A stretch of DNA of 36,533 nt, from the sequence record DRR378314_128. One strand, 5' to 3'. Under the pieces are notes generated by a model. It made no database searches, was not told where the DNA came from, and saw nothing but the letters and a program-made list of their open reading frames with translations. Every line of letters starts with the position of its first letter. Position 1 is the stretch's first letter. Both the position numbers and the translations under genes were made by a program. Below, piece by piece: positions 6,970 through 15,882 of this stretch.

Positions 6970-8544
6970 TTATAGATGGAAGCCGTATTCACGGTCTTGC
7001 TCAAGGCGCGGCTCATTCAGCTCTCGTTCAGCTGATTTTCGGCGGCTCTCGCTAGTCTCAAACTGGTCTGCAAGTTCTCTTCCAGCGTCGTGTAGCTCTG
7101 CTCTTCGGTCAGTAAGTCGGCCAATGTGGTGACTGACACGAGATGCGATTTCATGAGCAGCTCCACGCACTGTGCTAAGCCATTCAGTCTGGTTTCGATC
7201 CCAGTCGTCGAGCGTTCTTCCAAGCTGCGCAATTCCTTGGCTGAGGTCTCGCAAGCCGCCACCAACCGCTCGACGCACACGAACAAATCTCGCTCCAAGG
7301 CCGTCAGAGGTTGATCCATCTAGTTCGGCTCCACTCTGATGCATGAAACCAATCGGCTCGCCACCGAACAGGTGCGCATGCTTGAAGTCTCTGGCGGCAA
7401 GATCAAATACGTCGCTTGCTCGTGAAGCACCGTCTGAATACCCAACCTCTCTAAATGCGTCGTGGTCGCAATCGTTGAGAGTTTCCAACTCCACAGAAAG
7501 GTCAGCCCCAATGTTGCTAAGATCAGTACCAGACAGACAGTCGCCATCGCCCAGGGTGAAATCCGTAGCAATCGTTTGATTGTGTCGATGTGACTCTGCC
7601 AGGTCGTCCCGTTCCAATCCAGAAACATGCGGGTATCTGATTCGATTGTATTCCGCGCGTGTGTCACACACCCCTGAATATCGTTCCTGAAGCTCTGCAA
7701 TTGAGTTTCCATCAAGGCGGCGTGTTCCTTGCGGATCTCGTCCAGATCCGCGTTCAATTTCTCGCTCAGCCGAGTCGGCTTGCCAGTCGTCACGGAATAT
7801 TTCTCCTTTCAATCGCCAGCGTTCGCCGGTCTCGGGGTCTTTGGCGGTGATGTAATTCTTGCTGGCGCGGGGGATGTCGAAACCAACATCCGTCAAGGCA
7901 TCGATCATACTGGCACGGTCATTGATGGTGCCAATGCTGATCTGGTCGAGGACCCAGCTGTGCAGCTCTTCTCTGCCTTGCGCACGTGTCGGGGCCTCCA
8001 TGAAGGCCTGCACTTCTTGCGCCCGATCCAGATCCATCGGATCGGCCCAGCCGTGTGCCTTGTTCATCAGGTCACGTAGGCTGTCGTAGGCTGATTGATA
8101 GCCTGGAGGCGCGATGTTGAGGCTCTTGCCTGTGGTCAGCTCCAATCGTGGCGTGCAGAAGTGCAATTCAATGCGATCTTCGTGGCTGTGGCGGACCCAG
8201 AGCACATCATATTGCTCGCTATCCAATCCGGCAAAGGCCAGCTTCTCGAAGGCCAGCATGACTTCGGCTTGCTGAGCTTCTGTGGGCGCATCTTCTTCGG
8301 CAAAACTGATGACGCCTGAGCGGTAGGTCCATTGGTTATGGCTCGCGTCGATCAGTGCTTCGGTGCGACAGGGATCACCACGGAGAACTTCGGGTAGCGG
8401 ATCGCGCTTGACCATCACCGGGCGACCATCGGCATCACGGATCAAATCGCGATTGGCGTCATAGGCCAGCACCTCACGCGCAACAAGATAGCCGACCGGT
8501 CCAGCGCCCGGGCCCTTACCGTTGGGAAAAAACTTGATCAGCAT
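6970..8544 (-). CDS. mobA: Relaxase of the ColE1 MbeA/MOB-P5-like type
   Basis: MLIKFF..GKG.GAGPVGYL (catalytic Tyr motif), YRSGVISF.E, FEKLAFAGL..EQYDVLWVRH.....ELHF..P.LEL.TGK.L. Start overlaps the mobC stop. Confidence 0.9.
   Translation of the reverse strand: MLIKFFPNGKGPGAGPVGYLVAREVLAYDANRDLIRDADGRPVMVKRDPLPEVLRGDPCRTEALIDASHNQWTYRSGVISFAEEDAPTEAQQAEVMLAFEKLAFAGLDSEQYDVLWVRHSHEDRIELHFCTPRLELTTGKSLNIAPPGYQSAYDSLRDLMNKAHGWADPMDLDRAQEVQAFMEAPTRAQGREELHSWVLDQISIGTINDRASMIDALTDVGFDIPRASKNYITAKDPETGERWRLKGEIFRDDWQADSAEREIERGSGRDPQGTRRLDGNSIAELQERYSGVCDTRAEYNRIRYPHVSGLERDDLAESHRHNQTIATDFTLGDGDCLSGTDLSNIGADLSVELETLNDCDHDAFREVGYSDGASRASDVFDLAARDFKHAHLFGGEPIGFMHQSGAELDGSTSDGLGARFVRVRRAVGGGLRDLSQGIAQLGRTLDDWDRNQTEWLSTVRGAAHEIASRVSHHIGRLTDRRAELHDAGRELADQFETSESRRKSAERELNEPRLEQDREYGFHL
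7017..7319 (-). CDS. MbeD/MobD-like accessory mobilization protein nested in the relaxase gene (alternative frame)
   Basis: The ATG directly follows the stop of the 7320..7793 ORF and has a GGAG RBS. LTALERDL..CVERL coiled-coil start; same relative position as ColE1 mbeD. Confidence 0.6.
   Translation of the reverse strand: MDQPLTALERDLFVCVERLVAACETSAKELRSLEERSTTGIETRLNGLAQCVELLMKSHLVSVTTLADLLTEEQSYTTLEENLQTSLRLARAAENQLNES
7320..7793 (-). CDS. MbeB/MobB-like membrane-anchored mobilization protein nested in the relaxase gene (alternative frame)
   Basis: Strong AAGGAG RBS before the GTG at 7793. Coiled coil followed by one TM helix (WAMATVCLVLILATLGLTFLW); same relative position as ColE1 mbeB. 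Confidence 0.68.
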   Translation of the reverse strand: MTTGKPTRLSEKLNADLDEIRKEHAALMETQLQSFRNDIQGCVTHARNTIESDTRMFLDWNGTTWQSHIDTIKRLLRISPWAMATVCLVLILATLGLTFLWSWKLSTIATTTHLERLGIQTVLHEQATYLILPPETSSMRTCSVASRLVSCIRVEPN

Positions 8545-8873
8545 TGCCGTGCCTCATCGAGGAGCTGGGAAAGTTGGCGCTCGATCACCACGAGCTGGCG
8601 GGCCAAGGCCAGCGTCTCCAAGTCAATCCGACCAACCAGCAGCGCCCGGTTCACGAACCGCGCAATCTGGTTGAGATTTCCGCCGATGCGTCCGACTGCA
8701 AGAACCAACGCTGGATCAATGCGTGGTGCGGGCTTGCGACGACGAGCTTCGATCAGGCCAAGCGCCTCGCGTAAGAGCGTCGCGGCGGGGACGCCAGCGG
8801 TCTCGGCTTTGGCGCGAAGCTCAGCCTTCTCAGCAGCTGTGCACCGAAATACGAAGGTCTCGGTCAGCGGCAT
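8538..8873 (-). CDS. mobC: MobC relaxosome accessory protein (ribbon-helix-helix)
   Basis: FVFRCT.AEKAEL..KA..AG....LLRE RHH, plus the signature L..IGGNLNQIAR. Start taken as the ATG at 8873, not the longer ORF call. Confidence 0.9.
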   Translation of the reverse strand: MPLTETFVFRCTAAEKAELRAKAETAGVPAATLLREALGLIEARRRKPAPRIDPALVLAVGRIGGNLNQIARFVNRALLVGRIDLETLALARQLVVIERQLSQLLDEARQC

Positions 8874-8879
8874 TTTGGC

Positions 8880-8970
8880 GTGGGGCTTGCCCCCGCCGGG
8901 GGGGTTCGAAGGGGAGGCTTGCCACCCCTCGCAAGGTTCCGTGTCAGCAGCACCAGTGTATGACATGGGT
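8880..8970. promoter_or_regulatory. Putative origin of transfer (oriT) / mob promoter region
   Basis: Lies directly upstream of mobC. GC hairpin 8907-8931, GGCTTGCC present twice, TGTCA..TGACA inverted repeat (8942-8965) enclosing AGTGTAT, reminiscent of the ColE1 oriT core. Confidence 0.5.
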
Positions 8971-9054
8971 CGCCTTGCTCCTTGCTCAACTCGCATGGCG
9001 TACCTCCTGCTCAGATGGCTCGAAAACGGTCCAGCCCTCCTCGATGAGCCAATG

Positions 9055-9717
9055 CTACCAAGCGGGCCAGTTGTCTTTGTTAGTTGGCGGGAACCGGTCT
9101 GGAAGCCGGTATCCGCTAGAGCCGTTCTCCCAGACGACTGGCAGGGCTCTGTCGATCCAGGTTCCAAACATGCGTTCTGTGAACACTTCCCATTGGCGAC
9201 AACCGAATGATGATCGCGGAACGAATACAGCCTGTGGTCCACCCCCGCGCGGCGAGGCGGATGGCTCTCCACTCGTTAGATCCGGCTCAAGCGCGGTCTT
9301 TTGTTCTTTGGATTGTTCGATCTCTATATAGGAAAGATCACCTGTGAGCCTCTTTTCACCCACGGTTGACCCCTTTTCAGTATTCGAAAGGCTCATTGGT
9401 GCGCCCTTTTTCTTGGGACGAAATGGGATGATTTTGGAGGGCGCGCGAAGGTCATATTTGGTGCAGTTTCCGGCGCCACGTCCTTCGGTTCGAAAGAGCC
9501 AACCGAACTCAACAAGCTGTCGAAGGCATCGCTTGATGGTTGCTAATGACATACCCGCCAAAAACTCGTCCAATGTGTTCAGCGATGGATTGAGCTGGCC
9601 AGTTTTGTCGTTGGCGAACTGAACGGAAAGCGCCGATGCGACCGCTTTTGTAGATGAATTGAGGTCGGCACATTGCAGAACAGCTTTAAGCCATTCAAAA
9701 CGGTTAAGCTTAGTCAT
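9055..9717 (-). CDS. Winged helix-turn-helix protein, probable replication initiator of the element
   Basis: GGAGG RBS before the ATG at 9717. L..STKAVA..L...N...GQLNPS..TL....MS..TIKRCL..L...GWL pattern of HTH_36-type initiators; lies upstream of mob. Confidence 0.72.
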   Translation of the reverse strand: MTKLNRFEWLKAVLQCADLNSSTKAVASALSVQFANDKTGQLNPSLNTLDEFLAGMSLATIKRCLRQLVEFGWLFRTEGRGAGNCTKYDLRAPSKIIPFRPKKKGAPMSLSNTEKGSTVGEKRLTGDLSYIEIEQSKEQKTALEPDLTSGEPSASPRGGGPQAVFVPRSSFGCRQWEVFTERMFGTWIDRALPVVWENGSSGYRLPDRFPPTNKDNWPAW

Positions 9718-9732
9718 GTGCACCTCCCGCGA

Positions 9733-9761
9733 TTGCGGTCAGATGGTCTTTTTGATAAACT
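9733..9761 (+). promoter_or_regulatory. Sigma70 promoter with extended -10, antisense to the rep leader
   Basis: TTGCGG-N17-TAAACT preceded by TGn. Confidence 0.65.
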
Positions 9762-9767
9762 GTGTGT

Positions 9768-9825
9768 GCAGAAAGATTTGCATTGCCGTTGAGGTGGGTG
9801 GCCGCCCCCTCAACGGTTTTTCTTT
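9768..9825 (+). ncRNA. Counter-transcribed RNA (ctRNA)-like replication regulator, ~55-60 nt
   Basis: Lies between the promoter above and the hairpin CCGTTGAGG-TGGGTGGCCGCCC-CCTCAACGG-TTTTTCTTT, opposite the leader of the rep-like gene. Confidence 0.6.
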
Positions 9826-10368
9826 GAGTCGCACCGATTTTTTGGTTCGCCAGGCACTTAATTTCTCTAGTAGTTTCAATGCGCCATTTTTGGCGGTTCG
9901 TCAGTTTAAGTCGATGATTTCTTTGCGCAGTTCCACGCCTGCACGGCTCACCACTTTTTCCAAATGGAAGATGACACGAAGTTCGTCTCTTTTGACAAGA
10001 GTTTGTCGCTTTTATGGGAAACTCTTGGGCTTTGCATCATGCGTCTCATGGGTGCACTGTTAAGCTCGGTGCCGACATCTGGATTCAAATACAGAGCGCC
10101 TATGATGTAGCGCATGCTTCTTGCGATGTGGATGTGTCAGGTATTTCGACATTGAAGACTGCCAAGTGAATGCGGCCGGGCGTGTTCCCAAGCACATGTC
10201 AAGCGGAGGGTTGATAAAACCGCAGCTCCACGCCCCCATACTCAGTAGAAAAACCGCCTTGAAGGACCTGTCACCTGTCTGACAATCAGGCTATGCCTAG
10301 GGTTGTATTTAATAATTGGCTCGCACCAGCTCATTGTACGGTGCGGGCATAAAATTTGGCAGGTTGCG

Positions 10369-13300
10369 ATGAATAGTGGGTTCCATGAGATTCTAGGTTA
10401 CTGGCGCGCGTCGTTGGCGGATGGTGCATTGGGGCGGGGTCGCTTCAGGCAGCGGGATCGGAAGGATTTCATCGAACTGTCGAAAGACACGCTGCGCGAT
10501 GGAGTGCTGCCTAAGAAGCAGGTTCGCAATGTTTTTGAAGGACAGAAGCCGGATACCAAGGTAGTAGACGTACAAATCTGGCCGATGGTCATGGCTCGGA
10601 GAACTTCCCACGGTGCGACTATATCCAATGGTTCTCCAGAAATCGTCGCACCTGTAGTTACAGAGGCGACCGTCGATAGAGACGGTAACATTCGCCCATC
10701 CCGAAACGTCATTGCGAGAGACGTGCTGAAGCCACTCCCCAACGATGTTTTTTCGCTCGGCAAGGTTGAAGATTTCGACACCTTTCTTTCAGCATCGCCC
10801 TTCTCGCCTGACGAAAACTCCCCTGTTTGGGACCAATACCTAAAACACTGTCGTGCAATGCTCGATGCCGTTTCTCCCGGGTGGCCATCTGACGATGACA
10901 ATTATCTCTCTGCCGGCGTGGGATTTATGGAGGTTTCCGGTGAGGCTGCCGCAGCTATTGCGCAAGTTATCAGCCTCTATGACACGCTGCTTGGTGAAAA
11001 TCACAAAGCGCCGCTGTTAGAAAATCTGGCCGGATCGCCCTCAACCAAAAAGGAGCTTTCTCCTCAGACGGAAGCGAACTTCATAAATCGACTGGGACAT
11101 GCCAGCGATGAATTTCCGCTCGCAGATCATCAACGTCAGGTTCTTTCATATCTCTCAACCGGAAAACCCAGCGATGTGCTTGCCGTCAACGGGCCTCCTG
11201 GAACAGGCAAGACGACAATGCTCCTGTCGGCCATTGCAGATGCGTGGGTTCGCGCAGCGCTGGAAGAAAGTGCTCCACCGGTCATCGTCGCGGCGTCCAC
11301 CAATAACCAGGCTGTAACAAACATTATCGACGCGTTCGGCAAGGACTTCTCCGAAGGCGAAGGCCCATTCGCGGGTCGTTGGTTGCCTGGCCTCAAAAGC
11401 TACGGGTTGTTTCTTCCAGCAAAATCAAAAGAGGCCGAGGCTGCTCGCCGGTATCAAACTGAGCGGTACTTCAATGAACTAGAAAGCCATGACTATGTTC
11501 CCCGCGCCAGAGACGCTTTTCTGGAGGCAGGGAAATCGGCATTTCCGGGCCTTGAAAATCCAGATGTGAAAGAGATCGTATCTTCCTTACACAAGCGGAT
11601 TGCTGAAGAGGTTGCAAAACTGTCCGATGCGGACAAGTCACGGAAATGGGTTGAGGAGGCAACATCGAAAGTTGTTAACCTATTGGGCGACGATGCCGAG
11701 GCAACACTGCTGCAGGTGGAAAAAGCAATGCAGGATGGCGCAGCAGAACTTGAGCGCCACAAGACTTGGGAATCCGGGTGGACCAAACATCAGGCTGATG
11801 AATCTGTCTTTTTAGTAATGTTCAACTTTCTTCCATCTGTGGCTCAAAAAAGAGTGATGAAAGGGCGTGTCTCCCTGGAAACCATCGGCTGCACGCTGGA
11901 TTTCTCCGATGTCAGTTCGGTTGAAAGTTTGGGGAATAGCCTGCGAAATGCGGTTCGAATTGCACAGGAGGCTGCTAAAACCACCAAGTCCAGATATGAG
12001 GCAGCACGGTCAGCGTTAGAAAATCTGAATCAGGCGAAGAGAGCATGGGCGCGCGCAACGGAAAATCTTGGTGCGTCGGCCGTTCCAGCAACTGATGCAT
12101 TGGACGTCGATAGATTTGCCGATTGCCACGCCCGTTTTCTTCTTTTCCGATTGGCTTGCCACTATTGGGAGGGGCGGTGGCTTCTGGAAATGGAAGATAG
12201 CTTAGACGATATCGTGGCGTCGCATCGGAAAACCGGGCGGAAAACAATCGAACCACGCTGGCACCGTCGTATGATGCTGACACCCTGTGCTGTTTCCACG
12301 TTTGCGAGCTTGCCAGGCAAAATGAGCTTTGGTCTGAAGTCTGGCGGTGAATGGGGCACAGGCTATTTGTTCGACTTCATCGACTTGCTGATTGTTGACG
12401 AAGCCGGGCAAGTCTTGCCGGAGGTTGCGGCGCCCTCGTTTGCATTAGCGAAGTGCGCCTTGGTCATTGGGGACACCCAGCAGATTGAACCAATCTCATC
12501 TGTGTCTAAAGCAGTCGATATTGGCAATCTGCAAAGTGCCGGTTTTCTAAAAGAGACCTATGCCGAGGCCGATTTGGCGACACTGTCAGATACGGGCATG
12601 CGTAGTGTTGACGGTAGTGTAATGCGCCTCGCCCAGCAAGCGTGCGTCTATGAGCCTTACCCGGAATTAGAGCGAGGGCTTTACCTGTTCGAGCATCGGC
12701 GTTGCTATGACGAAATCATCAATTTCAGCAACAAACTCTGCTACAAAGGATCGCTCAAACCGATGCGAGGCAGTGCTTCCGAGGGTCGCGCTGTGCCGTC
12801 GATGGGGTACCTACATATTGATGGTATGGCTTTGAGTTTTGGCGGCAGCCGCGCAAATGCGACTGAAGCTGCAACAATTGCAGACTGGCTCGCGGAAAAT
12901 CGGCAGGATATTGAAGACCAATACAACAAAAAACTGGAAGATATAGTCGGTGTCGTCACCCCCTTCGGACGACAGGTGCAAGAAATCAAACGGGCTTGTG
13001 CCGAACGAGGCATTGACGCGAAAATGACCGTTGGCACGGTTCACTCGCTTCAAGGGGCTGAGCGACCAATCATCCTATTTTCACCGGTTTATTCCAAACA
13101 TGCCGACGGGCATTTCATCGACATGTCACCAAGTATGCTGAATGTGACCGTATCACGTGCAAAAGACAGCTTCCTTGTCTTCGGTGACATGGATGTATTT
13201 TCGTCGGCTGCGAAGGGTACGCCCAGATCGGTCTTGGCTGAATGTCTGTTCTCTCAGAGCGATGGCGTGCTTGAGTTTACTGCGCAGCCGCGCTCCGATC

Positions 13301-13785
13301 TTCAGGATTCAAGTCACCCGCTTTCGACATTGAGAGACGCAGAAGAACACGATCGGTTCTTGAAAAATGCCCTGTCCACAGCCCGTGAAATGACCATCGT
13401 CAGCCCGTGGATCATTGCCTCAACAATGAAACGTGCTGGGTTACTGGATGCTTTCCAAGGTGCGGTGGCGCGGGGTGCAGAAATCGATGTCATCGCAGAT
13501 CCTCTGTTGAACCAGTTGAAGTACGATGATGGCGTAACACAGCTAGAAGCAGCAACATCTGCACTGCAAGATGTAGGTGTACGAGTCCACGAAGTGCGTC
13601 AGCTGCACAGCAAGATTGTCATAGTGGATGTCAATTGGCTTTGCATCGGCTCCTACAATTGGCTGAGCGCTGACCGGAAGGGCCGATATGCGCGCCACGA
13701 AACGTCGATCGTGTACAATGGTTCGCACCTTCAAAGCGAGATTGACGTCATCAAGCAAAGCCTAGGTGCTCGCGAAAAGCGCTGA
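10369..13785 (+). CDS. SF1 (DNA2/NAM7/Upf1-like) helicase fused to a C-terminal PLD nuclease; Mokosh type II (MkoC)/YjhR-like defence protein
   Basis: Walker A NGPPGTGKTT, ASTNNQAVTNI, IVDEAGQ, IGDTQQIEPI, EHRRC, GVVTPF, GTVHSLQGAER, LNVTVSRAK. C-terminal single HKD motif LHSKIVIVD...GSYNW. Start taken as the ATG at 10369. Confidence 0.85.
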   Translation: MNSGFHEILGYWRASLADGALGRGRFRQRDRKDFIELSKDTLRDGVLPKKQVRNVFEGQKPDTKVVDVQIWPMVMARRTSHGATISNGSPEIVAPVVTEATVDRDGNIRPSRNVIARDVLKPLPNDVFSLGKVEDFDTFLSASPFSPDENSPVWDQYLKHCRAMLDAVSPGWPSDDDNYLSAGVGFMEVSGEAAAAIAQVISLYDTLLGENHKAPLLENLAGSPSTKKELSPQTEANFINRLGHASDEFPLADHQRQVLSYLSTGKPSDVLAVNGPPGTGKTTMLLSAIADAWVRAALEESAPPVIVAASTNNQAVTNIIDAFGKDFSEGEGPFAGRWLPGLKSYGLFLPAKSKEAEAARRYQTERYFNELESHDYVPRARDAFLEAGKSAFPGLENPDVKEIVSSLHKRIAEEVAKLSDADKSRKWVEEATSKVVNLLGDDAEATLLQVEKAMQDGAAELERHKTWESGWTKHQADESVFLVMFNFLPSVAQKRVMKGRVSLETIGCTLDFSDVSSVESLGNSLRNAVRIAQEAAKTTKSRYEAARSALENLNQAKRAWARATENLGASAVPATDALDVDRFADCHARFLLFRLACHYWEGRWLLEMEDSLDDIVASHRKTGRKTIEPRWHRRMMLTPCAVSTFASLPGKMSFGLKSGGEWGTGYLFDFIDLLIVDEAGQVLPEVAAPSFALAKCALVIGDTQQIEPISSVSKAVDIGNLQSAGFLKETYAEADLATLSDTGMRSVDGSVMRLAQQACVYEPYPELERGLYLFEHRRCYDEIINFSNKLCYKGSLKPMRGSASEGRAVPSMGYLHIDGMALSFGGSRANATEAATIADWLAENRQDIEDQYNKKLEDIVGVVTPFGRQVQEIKRACAERGIDAKMTVGTVHSLQGAERPIILFSPVYSKHADGHFIDMSPSMLNVTVSRAKDSFLVFGDMDVFSSAAKGTPRSVLAECLFSQSDGVLEFTAQPRSDLQDSSHPLSTLRDAEEHDRFLKNALSTAREMTIVSPWIIASTMKRAGLLDAFQGAVARGAEIDVIADPLLNQLKYDDGVTQLEAATSALQDVGVRVHEVRQLHSKIVIVDVNWLCIGSYNWLSADRKGRYARHETSIVYNGSHLQSEIDVIKQSLGAREKR

Positions 13786-13812
13786 CAGTCCCACGAAATC
13801 ACTCTTTTTATT

Positions 13813-13842
13813 CACCCTGCCGTGCGCTGGCAGGGTGGTTTC
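13813..13842 (+). terminator. Hairpin terminator after the helicase-PLD gene
   Basis: CACCCTGCC-GTGCGCT-GGCAGGGTG followed by GTTTC. Confidence 0.6.
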
Positions 13843-13985
13843 ACGCTTTCTGTGATCTTAGCGGATTGATCTGGGAAAGCGACATACTTTCTGTCGAAAA
13901 GCGTCAGTCTTTTGTCGACGTCTTGAGGTTAACCTTATGTAATATAAAGGTACTTTTAAGATTCAGGTGCCAAACTCCGTATCAT

Positions 13986-14086
13986 CTTACACCAAATATA
14001 AAATCAATACCTTACACCAAACAGGTGCGAAGTATCGCATCGTGCTAACGCTCTAACTTTAATCTCTGGGGGACATATGGGAGACA
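13986..14086. repeat. Short direct repeats near the presumed element boundary
   Basis: CTTACACCAAA at 13986 and 14011; TGGGGGACA/TGGGAGACA at 14067 and 14078. Confidence 0.55.
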
Positions 14087-14573
14087 CAAAGTGTGTTAGT
14101 GGTACTTTGTCGCTTTTCAGTCGCTCCACTCCACATCATCAGTTCAAGCGTTCCACCGGCAAGAAAAGGTCCAATAAGTTCCCTCGAACAGCGGCTTGTA
14201 TGCTTGGCCGTGCTGTTGCGATTTCTTCTGGGAATCGCGAAGCTGCAATCACGCCGATATATCGCAATGCCGCAGGATTATTGGTTCGTCATCAAGGAAT
14301 GGTTGAAGCGTTACGAAGTACCTGCGCCGCTAAATCTGCCTGTGTAGCCTGAGCAAACGAGGGCTATTGCTTGTTTCATAGGGGCCTGAAGGGGCGATCG
14401 AAGGAGTCTAGGCTAGCCCTCACAAAGGGATACACGGAGCTGTCAGTGTAATTGGCTCGGTAACTCAAAGGTAACCAAAAAGGTTTGGCCGCGATATTGG
14501 GGAGCACCCCTACTTCTGTATGGACTGCTCAAGGGCGGCGGGGCACGTTCGAAATGGCGATGACGTATTGTCA

Positions 14574-15074
14574 TCAGTTGGCTGGTTGGCTTCGTTTTTT
14601 CGCTTCTTTGAGGGCCGTCGAGATACCACGTGGAGAAAACGTGAAGCTGCGCCGCAGTGTTGGAGAGCCCGCGAAGAAATAGGATACCTCCACCTCTTCC
14701 CCTTTGTTGTACGCATTTAACATCTTCTGAGACAGCCCCATGTTAACTTGGCAATGTGTAGGGGCGCAAAACTGGAGATTATATTTTAGACTAGGTTGCC
14801 CATCAATCGATACAGTTACACCTTTCCCTAGATCCAAAGTTGTCTGCAATTGCAATGCCAGTCCGGCAACTGCTCCTTCTTGGTCCGCTGGAAAACCAAC
14901 TATGTTCGCAATGTTCGTACCCTGATAATTGATATTTTGACTTGCCACACATTTAGAGGTTTGCCTTTCGCAAAGAATGCTCCAATCAGCAACTCTGGCA
15001 ACCTTCTTAGGTTTTGCCTCGGCGGGCCCAATGGCAGCAAAGCAGACAGCGGCAATCAAAAAGGTCTGATACAT
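14574..15074 (-). CDS. Invasion-associated locus B (IalB) family exported protein
   Basis: Signal peptide (AEA|K), DWSILC......C...Q, L..GV.V.IDG, FC....C, L.A...G and FS.RG...A patterns. Start taken as the ATG at 15074. Confidence 0.78.
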   Translation of the reverse strand: MYQTFLIAAVCFAAIGPAEAKPKKVARVADWSILCERQTSKCVASQNINYQGTNIANIVGFPADQEGAVAGLALQLQTTLDLGKGVTVSIDGQPSLKYNLQFCAPTHCQVNMGLSQKMLNAYNKGEEVEVSYFFAGSPTLRRSFTFSPRGISTALKEAKKRSQPAN

Positions 15075-15478
15075 AATTAACTTTCGTTGAGACAACTGAA
15101 TTTTGCCATGTTTCGTATCAAGTATTTCATGGCTGGGCCAGAGCTGTCGGGACAGTATGGGCAGCGCTGAATTGTTCGATACAAAAAGTAACAAAATCAC
15201 AGGCGCGCGGGCAGATTTTGCGTCATCCACACCCTTCAATCAGATTTTTAACTCACGAGCCGCACTTACATGCTTACCTATAGCGTTCCTCAAGAGTTAG
15301 GATGCGCGACTTCGCATCTCGTGCTTGTTCGCTTGGTTCGCTTTGCTAGGGCGGTGGCCGCCACCCGTACCGTGCATCCGTGAGAAAAACCCATTCCTAT
15401 GTATCGAACTCCTCCAATTGGTCGGGATAACCTTTGAGACCCTTAATTTCAAAATCTTCAAACATTTCTCAAACGTGT

Positions 15479-15799
15479 CTGTCGTCAACGGGATTGAGAA
15501 ACTGGGCGGATGCGTTGGCAACACTTTCGGCCCTGCCGCAGGTTCATCGCAAACTCTCGGGCCTTGGAATGTTTGATCACGACTGGACCGCTGAAAGCGT
15601 CTCGCCCATCATTTCAACCTGCTTATCGCAGTTTGGCGCCGATCGCTGCATGTTCGGATCGAATTTTCCGGTCGATAGTCTGACTTCAACTTACGAAGAA
15701 GTTGTATCCCGATACCAAAACCTCCTCCCGGCTTCGTATCATGACAACGTGTTCCAGAATACGTCGAAACGATTCTATGATATTGAGAATAAAAACTAA
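15479..15799 (+). pseudogene. C-terminal remnant of an amidohydrolase (Amidohydro_2) gene
   Basis: W..AL..L.ALPQV..KLSGLGM...FGADRCMFGSNFPVD...VF..T..RFY. The N-terminal two-thirds and a credible start are missing. Confidence 0.75.
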
Positions 15800-15882
15800 T
15801 CTTTGCAAACTATCTGAGAACTTGGGTTGTCAGAATATTGGATGTTATGTCAGCGACCGACACCATACATCGGATTTGAATT

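Larger units (their letters stand above)
1..14140. mobile_element. Integrated mobilizable element / integrated plasmid carrying a defence island; left end outside the window, right end approximate
   Basis: Rep-like HTH gene, oriT-like region, mobC and relaxase sit among RM, Mrr, Abi and helicase-PLD genes. A repeat/palindrome-rich non-coding stretch (about 13880-14140) follows, and housekeeping metabolic genes lie further right. No integrase is present in the window. Confidence 0.7.

Noticed and set aside
8874-9272. Long N-terminal extension of the mobC ORF
   Set aside because: It runs through the oriT-like region and overlaps the rep-like gene; the RHH domain begins at the ATG at 8873.
13918-13945. 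Possible dif site (TTATGTAATAT resembles a XerD arm)
   Set aside because: No credible XerC arm at 6-bp spacing.
14116-14138. Possible tRNA gene
   Set aside because: No cloverleaf; at most a degenerate 3'-end-like att remnant.
14077-14352. Short ORFs with a faint 'LG....T.IY' likeness to a tyrosine-recombinase C-terminus
   Set aside because: The catalytic His/Arg residues are absent and the similarity is too weak to call a pseudogene.
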